From IMG/VR virus record IMGVR_UViG_3300025410_000009: a stretch of 64,000 bases of DNA; one strand, written 5' to 3'. Source of the DNA: a virus (lineage: Duplodnaviria; Caudoviricetes). Made by a program: the position numbers and the translations under genes. The first letter of the stretch is position 1. Every line of letters starts with the position of its first letter. Below are positions 57,337 to 64,000 of the stretch, piece after piece. A model generated the notes under the pieces. That model did no database searches, had not been told where the DNA came from, and saw only the letters and a program-made list of their open reading frames with translations.

Positions 57337-58443
57337 TTACTTGGCGCTAGCAGCCAAAATATACTTGCCAAATCGTTTGTGGAACTCGGCAAAACTAGAA
57401 ATCTTGCCAGGCACAAACGGTAAGCCGTATGTGGTAAGTGCAACACGAGCACCCATAACCACAAGCTCGGTAGTAAAGTTATCCATCATGAAACGGAAGA
57501 AGTTGTCGGCTTGTGGGTGCCAGTCAGCCAGCTTGCCTTCAGCATTGAGTTTGGTGTACGAATCTTGCAATTCGTAGCACAGGCTAATGGTCAAACTGTA
57601 GCAGGCACTGACTTCTTTGGTCTTGAGTTCTTTGACCTTGCCGCTCAAGACATCACGGGGCTCGGGCATCTGATCAGACACTTTGCGGTGTGCCATGAAC
57701 TTGACAGCAAGACCTTCGCCAATTGTGCCAGCAATAAGGTCCATGTTGGTGCTGTCGTTGTTGCCATCTTCCAACAACTCGCTCACAAAGGTCCATGAGC
57801 GTGGTGTAGCAAAACTACGACCTGAACTACGTGGGTCAAAGTCGTACAAGTCTTGCTTGGCAAAACTCAAGTAACCCACCACGTCTTTGTGGATCTTGTT
57901 GTTGACAGCCCACACTTGCCAAGAATCAAAGTCGGGACGCATTTCTAAGTGAACAAAACGATTTGCCAACGGAGTAGGCATACGGTAGCTGATGCCCTTG
58001 TCACTCTCGCGATTGCCTGCGGCCACGATGACAACATTGTCAGGCAACTTGTACTTACCGACTCGGCGATTCAAAATCAATTGAAACGCGGCACCTTGTA
58101 CAGCTGGTGCGGCTTGGTTCATTTCGTCCAAGAACAAGATCACAATGGGATGCTGAGCAGCCATCTCTTCGTCAGGCAGTTCCACAGGAGGAGCCCAATC
58201 CATCTTGCCGCTGTCGCGATTGAAAAACGGAATACCACGGATGTCAGTGGGCTCCATTTGACCCAGGCGCAAGTCGATAGTGATACCGCCCAGTTCTTCG
58301 CCAATGCCGGCCACCAACTCACTCTTGCCAATGCCGGGAGGGCCCCACAAGAACAAGGGACGCTGTTTCTTAAAACAGCGCAAGATGCCGTTGCGGGCAT
58401 CAACTGCGGTGACTGTACGGGTTTCACTGATTGCTGTAGACAT
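57337..58443 (-). CDS. MoxR/dynein-related AAA+ ATPase
   Basis: Walker A GPPGIGKS, Walker B ILFLDEMN, AAGN, LANRF, TPRSW. Confidence 0.92.
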   Translation of the reverse strand: MSTAISETRTVTAVDARNGILRCFKKQRPLFLWGPPGIGKSELVAGIGEELGGITIDLRLGQMEPTDIRGIPFFNRDSGKMDWAPPVELPDEEMAAQHPIVILFLDEMNQAAPAVQGAAFQLILNRRVGKYKLPDNVVIVAAGNRESDKGISYRMPTPLANRFVHLEMRPDFDSWQVWAVNNKIHKDVVGYLSFAKQDLYDFDPRSSGRSFATPRSWTFVSELLEDGNNDSTNMDLIAGTIGEGLAVKFMAHRKVSDQMPEPRDVLSGKVKELKTKEVSACYSLTISLCYELQDSYTKLNAEGKLADWHPQADNFFRFMMDNFTTELVVMGARVALTTYGLPFVPGKISSFAEFHKRFGKYILAASAK

Positions 58444-58473
58444 TAAATACTCCTGGGTTTAAAACAATAACGT

Positions 58474-58502
58474 ATTATACGACAAATACAAAACCCTGTC
58501 AA
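58474..58502 (-). promoter_or_regulatory. sigma70 early promoter
   Basis: Perfect TTGACA-N17-TATAAT; the -35 is enclosed by AACCCT/AGGGTT. Confidence 0.9.
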
Positions 58503-58536
58503 TCGTAGGGTTATTGGTGTTGTATTTTTGCAACAC

Positions 58537-58722
58537 TTATGAATTCACAGTACGGAATGGATCAAAGTCATCGGGGAAGGCATTGTTCCATTCCAAGTTG
58601 ATGCTTTCAACCCATTCATACACGGTGCCAACACTACAGCCCAGCTCGCCGGCAATTTGCTCGGGGCGATAGCCTTCGATGTAGAGTTGTTCAATATCGT
58701 AGCTGAAGTTTTGGGTTTTCAT
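58537..58722 (-). CDS. Small hypothetical protein (possible HTH)
   Basis: 61 aa; YRPEQIAGELGCSVGTVYEW resembles a helix-turn-helix. Confidence 0.65.
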   Translation of the reverse strand: MKTQNFSYDIEQLYIEGYRPEQIAGELGCSVGTVYEWVESINLEWNNAFPDDFDPFRTVNS

Positions 58723-59186
58723 GCTGCCTCCAATTTGGCGTCTTGAGTCACAGCATCGGCCAACAAGGTCAAAGTCTTGTTGTCGTGATACATGCTACCA
58801 TAATACCAAACACCGTCACGCATGATGTAGTAGTACTCGGCGCCGGAATTTTCACACTGATCAACAAACTCTTTGAATGTGTTTGCCACCTTCCACTCGG
58901 TATCAATCTCGTCTCGATCGCGACCATAAAAGGTGCACATGTCGCCGTAGAGCTTGTCATATTCTTCGCTGGTCAAGTCAGTGCCAAATTGACTAAAGGC
59001 GTGCTTTTTGCCAATGTTGGGACGCAGGCTGCTCAAGTCACCCAACGACACCAGTTCGTTGGCCTTGGCACTGTCATAGTGCTCCAACAAGATAGCACCG
59101 TTGTGTTCCACATAACCGTCCCAATGACAGTAAACTGATTTAACCTTGTCACCGTGCATGACGCCAATACGTGAACGAGTTGCCAT
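58719..59186 (-). CDS. Hypothetical early protein
   Basis: 155 aa; YCHWDGY motif; SD GGAG; perfect promoter upstream. Confidence 0.8.
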   Translation of the reverse strand: MATRSRIGVMHGDKVKSVYCHWDGYVEHNGAILLEHYDSAKANELVSLGDLSSLRPNIGKKHAFSQFGTDLTSEEYDKLYGDMCTFYGRDRDEIDTEWKVANTFKEFVDQCENSGAEYYYIMRDGVWYYGSMYHDNKTLTLLADAVTQDAKLEAA

Positions 59187-59219
59187 TTTTAGAGCTCCGT
59201 TTAGTTAAACAATACGTAA

Positions 59220-59248
59220 ATTATAACTGATTTTGGGCAAGTTGTCAA
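59220..59248 (-). promoter_or_regulatory. sigma70 early promoter
   Basis: Perfect TTGACA-N17-TATAAT. Confidence 0.9.
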
Positions 59249-59256
59249 CCAAAATT

Positions 59257-59397
59257 TCAACGTTTTTGGGGTCGAGTGCCTTCTTTTTGTGCAATTTTAC
59301 CTGAGTATGCACCGTTTTTTGCAGTATGGCGCAACACGCCCGGGGCTGGGAAAGTGATAATGCCGCCAGTGCTAGAAGGAATCGAAACGTTTTTCAT
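59257..59397 (-). CDS. 46-aa basic early peptide (below the ORF-track cutoff)
   Basis: MKNVSIPSSTGGIITFPAPGVLRHTAKNGAYSGKIAQKEGTRPQKR; SD GGAG and its own perfect promoter. Confidence 0.7.
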   Translation of the reverse strand: MKNVSIPSSTGGIITFPAPGVLRHTAKNGAYSGKIAQKEGTRPQKR

Positions 59398-59424
59398 AGT
59401 GTGCTCCAGTGTGTGTAAGTGTTT

Positions 59425-59453
59425 ATTATAACAGCTTTCGGGCTAGCTGTCAA
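59425..59453 (-). promoter_or_regulatory. sigma70 early promoter
   Basis: Perfect TTGACA-N17-TATAAT. Confidence 0.9.
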
Positions 59454-59456
59454 GAG

Positions 59457-59479
59457 AAACCCTACATGATGTAGGGTTT
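59457..59479 (-). terminator. Hairpin/terminator closing the nuclease cassette
   Basis: AAACCCTACA-TCA-TGTAGGGTTT 10-bp stem 6 nt after the stop at 59486; short U-tract. Confidence 0.65.
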
Positions 59480-59485
59480 TCTTTA

Positions 59486-60040
59486 TTACACTATGTTGAA
59501 ATAGTTGTAGTGATCTTGCAAAGTCCAGGTGCCTAAATCAATTGCATCTCCCTGATGTGTTTCGATTTTGACACCTAAGTCTGCATACCGTTTAAAAAAG
59601 TAAGCAATGTCGGGGGTAGTGGATCCCAGACGAGTCGAGTTCAACTTTTTGTGTTTGGCCTTGCTCAATCTGCAGGTTGGAATATTCAGTGCTTCATCAA
59701 CAGTGATGCGTCCAGCCAACAACAGGGCACGAGCCACTGCCGCAGGAGTCACATGCTCAAACTCAGTTTTGTCACTGGCTTTTAGGCCAGTTTCAAAATA
59801 ATGTGCACCAATATTTTCTTTGATACAGTAACCGTGATATCTGCGTAACCAAACATCAATACCGTCACGTATCAACCTGGCTGTTTGATCTTCAACACCC
59901 AATTGGCGATACATTTCTACCAATCGTTCAATTTCTGCTCGGCAAAAATTGTATGTGGCATCATAGCTGGGACCACCACGTTTGACTGTGGGTGGCTTCT
60001 TTTGCACAAAGCCGTCTACACGCTCGTTAATGGTTTTCAT
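59486..60040 (-). CDS. HNH-like (His-Me finger) nuclease-family protein (184 aa)
   Basis: Start revised to MKTINERVDG, 1 nt after the upstream stop; FEHVTP...TCRLSKAKHKKLN resembles EHxxP...N beta-beta-alpha motifs. Confidence 0.55.
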   Translation of the reverse strand: MKTINERVDGFVQKKPPTVKRGGPSYDATYNFCRAEIERLVEMYRQLGVEDQTARLIRDGIDVWLRRYHGYCIKENIGAHYFETGLKASDKTEFEHVTPAAVARALLLAGRITVDEALNIPTCRLSKAKHKKLNSTRLGSTTPDIAYFFKRYADLGVKIETHQGDAIDLGTWTLQDHYNYFNIV

Positions 60041-60041
60041 T

Positions 60042-61229
60042 TTAGAACAAGTCCTTCGCATCAGGTGTGTACACGCTAAACGGTTGTTTAGGGAAGCGGA
60101 AGCCAGCGCCTTTTGTAGGCACCCAAGTGTTGGCCAGCTGGTGCCAGAAAAATGCAATACCTTGTGGGGTGTTCTTGCTGTTGCGTGGAGCATCGGGCCA
60201 CCTGTGCTTGGGGATGCCTTGGTTGGCTTTGTTGTAAGCATTAAGGTTGGCTTGGTGCGCGGTACTCCAAAACACACCCTTGGCATCAAAGTTTGCGCCA
60301 AACATGTCAATACAATGTTGTGCCAAATCTTCGATATCGGCATCACTGTACACAATGTCCTGCTGTTCACACAAGTTTAAAAACTCAATAATGATGGGAA
60401 TTTCCTTTGTGTTGATTGGACGTTGTTGGTATCCAACAACATACTTTCCGTATACTGCAAACTGTCGTACCACCTCAACACTGGCATCATCCAGTTCGTT
60501 AAGACGACTAATAGCACCAATTTGGTCGGTGTCGCCGAACTTCTCAGCTGTTAGAAACATGCCAGCGTTGGCAATGTGCTTCCATTTGCTGTGTGCATTA
60601 ACCCACTCGGGTTCGTTAACGCCATCAACCTCAACACCGTAGATCTTTTGCATAAAGATATCAATGATATCCAGGGGCTTTTTGCCTGCATTCTTGCCCA
60701 CTGTGGTGTTGTTGTTAATGAAGTTGCTACGAAGTTCGCCACGACTTGCAATGTCGTAGATGTTGATGGGAACCTCAACATCGTCAAAGTTCTCGCCCAG
60801 TCCCAATGTAGCAATTAGGTACAGAGCAATCGAGGTGTGTTGACCATCCCATCCACCCCACTGGTCACCGGCAGCGTACACTTGAATGGGCTGTGCCTGA
60901 TATGCACGGAAGTTGGTAATGATGGTAATGATCCAATCCAGGTTGGGCTCTCGTTGCATTGTGGTATCAATCACAATGTCTTTGAGCTTGCCAACCAAGC
61001 TCTTGCAAAGACGAAAACGTGAACGATCGTTGATGCTCTTTAAGCCAGGATGGTTCTTTTTAAATGTTGCCAGGGCCTTGGCAAGTTTACTTTGCCAATT
61101 GCGTCGAGCCTGCAGGGGCAAGGCAGCAACGGTGTCGTTGTAGCGTTGAACTAGGTCAACAAGATTGGAGGCTGTATTTGTGTAGCGGGCGTTTTTTGTG
61201 GCCGCGTAAGAAGTGTTAAGTGTTGCCAT
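60042..61229 (-). CDS. ParB/Srx-fold protein of the DUF262/DGQHR type
   Basis: IDTTMQRE..LDW..I..NF....QPIQV...WDGQHT matches the QR...P...DGQ(H/Q)R signature, with T in place of R. Confidence 0.7.
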   Translation of the reverse strand: MATLNTSYAATKNARYTNTASNLVDLVQRYNDTVAALPLQARRNWQSKLAKALATFKKNHPGLKSINDRSRFRLCKSLVGKLKDIVIDTTMQREPNLDWIITIITNFRAYQAQPIQVYAAGDQWGGWDGQHTSIALYLIATLGLGENFDDVEVPINIYDIASRGELRSNFINNNTTVGKNAGKKPLDIIDIFMQKIYGVEVDGVNEPEWVNAHSKWKHIANAGMFLTAEKFGDTDQIGAISRLNELDDASVEVVRQFAVYGKYVVGYQQRPINTKEIPIIIEFLNLCEQQDIVYSDADIEDLAQHCIDMFGANFDAKGVFWSTAHQANLNAYNKANQGIPKHRWPDAPRNSKNTPQGIAFFWHQLANTWVPTKGAGFRFPKQPFSVYTPDAKDLF

Positions 61230-61240
61230 GATTGTTTCCT

Positions 61241-61636
61241 TTACGCCACGTGGCGTTGATTATTGAAGTCACCGTTGAGTTGGCCTTTGAGCTTGTGGCA
61301 AATAGGGCATAGCTCGTCAAGGTTGGTTTTGCGATTATCGCTGTAATTGCCATTTTTATGATCAATTTCAGTCATGCCCTTGGCCCATGCAGGAACCTTG
61401 GTCCATTTGATCATGCAGTCAAAACCTAGATGTCCATCGGTGTTACTACATTTACCAGTTTTAAAAGGAGTTACGCCTTCTGCATGTGGGTGGCGCCCGT
61501 AACTGGCTTTTTGACAGTGTCCACAATGTATTCGCCAGCGACGATTGCCATATTCGTCTTTGTGGCTGTATGCCACAGGTTTGCTGCAACCGTGATTGAT
61601 ACACGTTGGTCGCGCAAATTCGTAAATTTTGCTCAA
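61241..61636 (-). CDS. Zn-binding HNH endonuclease
   Basis: CxxxxC and CGHC, then EIDHKNGNYSDNRKTNLDELCPICH; TTG start after AAGGA. Confidence 0.88.
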   Translation of the reverse strand: MSKIYEFARPTCINHGCSKPVAYSHKDEYGNRRWRIHCGHCQKASYGRHPHAEGVTPFKTGKCSNTDGHLGFDCMIKWTKVPAWAKGMTEIDHKNGNYSDNRKTNLDELCPICHKLKGQLNGDFNNQRHVA

Positions 61637-61732
61637 TTTGATTTCCTTGGTTCGTAACTTTTACAACTCGGTGACCCCGTGTCACGTTGTTGTGTATTAA
61701 GTTAGCCGGTAATAATCTTCTACCGTAAGCCA

Positions 61733-61761
61733 ATTATAACAAAGAATAGTACCACAGTCAA
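61733..61761 (-). promoter_or_regulatory. sigma70 early promoter of the nuclease cassette
   Basis: TTGACT-N17-TATAAT. Confidence 0.85.
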
Positions 61762-61812
61762 GTGTTTTTTTTGAATTATTTTGTTGTATTTTTACAACAC
61801 TTAAATAATTGA

Positions 61813-62430
61813 ATGAATGAAACCAGCAAAGCAGCCGCAAGAAGATTGAAAAATACCAAATTTGCCACCACATATTTTGTGGGCAACGGCATCGACATCG
61901 GGTGCGGTCCTGATCCAGTTAGTAAATTTGCCGAGGAATTTCCGGCCATGGGCACAGTAAAACCATGGGACTTGGATGATGGTGATGCACAAGTTATGGC
62001 TGGAGTTCCGGATGAAGCTTATGATTTTGTTCACAGCAGTCATTGCCTAGAGCACATGCGAGACCCCACTGAGGCTTTTGCCAATTGGTTGCGTATCTGT
62101 AGGCCCGGTGGTTATGTAATTATCACCATTCCCGACGAAGACCTATACGAGCAAGGTCGTTTCCCCAGCACGTTTAACCGAGATCATAAGACCACATGGA
62201 CCATTTCAAAGAGTCAGAGTTGGAGTCCGGTCAGCATCAACTTGTTTAACTTCCTGGGACAATTCGGCAATCAAATTGAAATACTAAAGGTAGAGTTGAT
62301 CAACGATGCTTTTGTGTATGATCAACGCCGGCACGATCAAACTTTGTTGGCAGCAGAATGTGCCATTGAATTTGTGGTAAGAAAACGCCCTGCAGACGAA
62401 CTGGCTCGTTGCGGGCGGTTACCGTTATAA
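61813..62430 (+). CDS. Class I SAM-dependent methyltransferase
   Basis: GIDIGCGPDP (motif I), GDAQ, YDFVHSSHCLEHM; TAAATA (61802-61807) ends 5 nt before the ATG. Confidence 0.9.
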   Translation: MNETSKAAARRLKNTKFATTYFVGNGIDIGCGPDPVSKFAEEFPAMGTVKPWDLDDGDAQVMAGVPDEAYDFVHSSHCLEHMRDPTEAFANWLRICRPGGYVIITIPDEDLYEQGRFPSTFNRDHKTTWTISKSQSWSPVSINLFNFLGQFGNQIEILKVELINDAFVYDQRRHDQTLLAAECAIEFVVRKRPADELARCGRLPL

Positions 62431-63171
62431 CACTCGAACAGCGACTTTTTGATGTCGGCTCACACGGCCAATGTATTCGTATTTGACACCATACGAACTC
62501 ACATACTCTTGCCAAGCACGGAACTCATCCAGTTGCCATCCTGGGTAATTCATGTACTCGTCAAATATGATGACAGTCCCGGGCACGATGTTGGTTTTTA
62601 GTGCATTCAACACAGTTTTTGCGCTCGAGTACAAATCGCAATCGATGTGCAGTAGGGCAATATCAGTGTATCTGTGTTTGTTGGGAGTCAGGAACTTGTC
62701 TAGGGTTTCATCAAACCAGCCCACCACAAGCTCGCAATTTTTTCTCACACGCGGCAGAGCCTTGCGAGCAAAGAACCCACGACGCATACGGCTGGTCCAG
62801 TCTTCGGGAAGACCTTGGAAACCATCAAATCCATATATGGTGTGCTCAGGCAGCAGTCTAGCAAAGTGATTCAGTGTACGGCCAGTGGCAACACCAAATT
62901 CAAGTACCATACCGCATTTCAGTAGATCGGGATCCAGCTGTGTACGCACCACCCACTCGTGCAAATCATAGTCGGTGTCAAAGTTGGGCACAGTACGCAT
63001 GTTGTCTAACACATACTGTGCTGACTCTTCGCTGGCCAGCCGTATGGCAGTGAATTCAGTGTCAATCACATCGGTATAGAGACCCAACAACCTTTTCTCT
63101 GTACGACTGGGTTGCGGATAACGCCACCACTCTTCAATGCGATCTTTGACGCGATACCAGCTGTCAAGCAT
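62425..63171 (-). CDS. TylF/MycF/NovP-like sugar O-methyltransferase
   Basis: VLEFGVATG, YGFDGFQGLPE, VVGWFDETL, IALLHIDCDLYSS, VIIFDEY. Confidence 0.87.
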   Translation of the reverse strand: MLDSWYRVKDRIEEWWRYPQPSRTEKRLLGLYTDVIDTEFTAIRLASEESAQYVLDNMRTVPNFDTDYDLHEWVVRTQLDPDLLKCGMVLEFGVATGRTLNHFARLLPEHTIYGFDGFQGLPEDWTSRMRRGFFARKALPRVRKNCELVVGWFDETLDKFLTPNKHRYTDIALLHIDCDLYSSAKTVLNALKTNIVPGTVIIFDEYMNYPGWQLDEFRAWQEYVSSYGVKYEYIGRVSRHQKVAVRVL

Positions 63172-63394
63172 GACTCAACTCCTCACTAGGAAACTCGTTT
63201 TCTAAATAGTAACGCAATAGCTCTTTTTGTGTATAAGACGGAATGCTCAGTCCGTTGGGAGCATAGAACAACACCGGCGAGTGCGACCACGAAAAGGTTC
63301 GCAAATACTCGGCCACATATTGTCTGTGATCGGCATTCTCAACGTTGAATGGTACAACTGGTTTGCGATGCATGTCAAGTACAGTATTGTTCAC
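63164..63394 (-). CDS. Hypothetical protein
   Basis: 76 aa; GTG start after AAGGAG. Confidence 0.72.
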   Translation of the reverse strand: MNNTVLDMHRKPVVPFNVENADHRQYVAEYLRTFSWSHSPVLFYAPNGLSIPSYTQKELLRYYLENEFPSEELSHA

Positions 63395-63415
63395 TTCAGC
63401 TCCTTTGTAAAAATA

Positions 63416-63871
63416 TCAATTATACGACATTTGATCATAGTGGTCAATCTCGTATCTGCCCGCACGTTCGAGACCGTCAATGAGTTGGTTTACCGGCACC
63501 GCATGTTGACGATAGCCTTCAAACAACATTTCTCGATAGTGCTGGCTGGGCATACACAGCGGGTTACCCGGAGTCATGACATAGACCCAGGCACGGTACA
63601 GGTCACCCTGACACTCAATGGTGACTTTTTTACGATCGTAATAGCGTGGATAACCTTCTAGCACATCCAAGGCTACTAGCCCAGCCCGGTCCACAGTCCA
63701 TAATACACCGTCAACCACATTGCCAATATCGGGTACCACATCAGCATGATAAGCAAATCTAAATTGATAATTACGCAATTGTGCACGGCCCAAACTGGTG
63801 CTGGCTGGACTGCGGTGGCGCATGCTGTCATTGTTGGTATTCATGCCGTAAGCAAAGTAATACTGTGTCAT
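63416..63871 (-). CDS. Gamma-glutamylcyclotransferase (GGCT/AIG2-like)
   Basis: YYFAYGMNTN, VDGVLW, LDVLEGYPRYYDR. Confidence 0.9.
   Translation of the reverse strand: MTQYYFAYGMNTNNDSMRHRSPASTSLGRAQLRNYQFRFAYHADVVPDIGNVVDGVLWTVDRAGLVALDVLEGYPRYYDRKKVTIECQGDLYRAWVYVMTPGNPLCMPSQHYREMLFEGYRQHAVPVNQLIDGLERAGRYEIDHYDQMSYN
63419..63447 (-). promoter_or_regulatory. sigma70 promoter inside the 3' end of the GGCT gene
   Basis: TTGACC-N17-TATAAT. Confidence 0.75.
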
Positions 63872-64000
63872 GTGTGGCTTTCTAAATCGTCTAGGTATTT
63901 CTGTAAATTATTGGCATTAAGCGCCAACATTAGTGCAGTTTCTTCATCAAAAACTGCAATTGTGGTAAGGTTTTTTATGTAGTAGGGATATTCTATGTAA
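63868..64000 (-). CDS. Hypothetical protein, 5'-truncated by the window edge
   Basis: Manual translation ...YIEYPYYIKNLTTIAVFDEETALMLALNANNLQKYLDDLESHT*; ATGA overlap with GGCT. Confidence 0.7.
   Translation of the reverse strand, partial: YIEYPYYIKNLTTIAVFDEETALMLALNANNLQKYLDDLESHT

Noticed and set aside
63416-63871. GGCT as a novel auxiliary gene
   Set aside because: GGCT/AIG2-like genes are common in large phages, and nothing in the context here is unusual.
1-64000. Active stop-codon reassignment, diversity-generating retroelement, tRNA genes, integrase or transposase
   Set aside because: All core genes are full length in the standard code; no reverse transcriptase, template/variable repeat pair, cloverleaf or recombinase motif was recognised by eye.

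Overview
This window is a densely coding 64-kb segment of a large T4-superfamily myovirus genome, with no host chromosomal genes seen. 1-4.4 kb (- strand): putative virion and fibre genes. 4.5-6.9 kb: an inserted set of two + strand genes (unknown protein and a glutaminase-less asparagine-synthetase-like PP-loop enzyme) plus a convergent cupin. 7-16 kb (-): head module (major capsid gp23, scaffold, protease gp21, acidic core protein, portal gp20) and a tape-measure-like gene. 16.1-17.2 kb (+): a gp26-like/gp51-like pair joined by a candidate -1 slippery site. 17.2-17.6 kb: a highly structured non-coding stretch directly downstream of a GIY-YIG nuclease. 18-21.8 kb (-): gp46, gp47 and late sigma gp55. 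21.9-47.6 kb (+): baseplate and fibre module (tube initiator, gp53, hub, gp5, gp25, gp6, a 3933-aa giant protein, collagen-like and chaperone-bearing fibres). 47.7-53.3 kb: glycosyltransferase, methyltransferase and NDP-sugar epimerase cluster, followed by thyA. 55-64 kb: early region with near-consensus sigma70 promoters, a MoxR AAA/vWA pair, an HNH + DGQH(ParB-like) + HNH-like cassette, two methyltransferases and a GGCT. A TAAATA late-promoter core precedes structural genes and also most modification enzymes. No tRNA, CRISPR array, integrase, reverse transcriptase or transposase was recognised. All family assignments come from motif recognition by eye; no database search was run.
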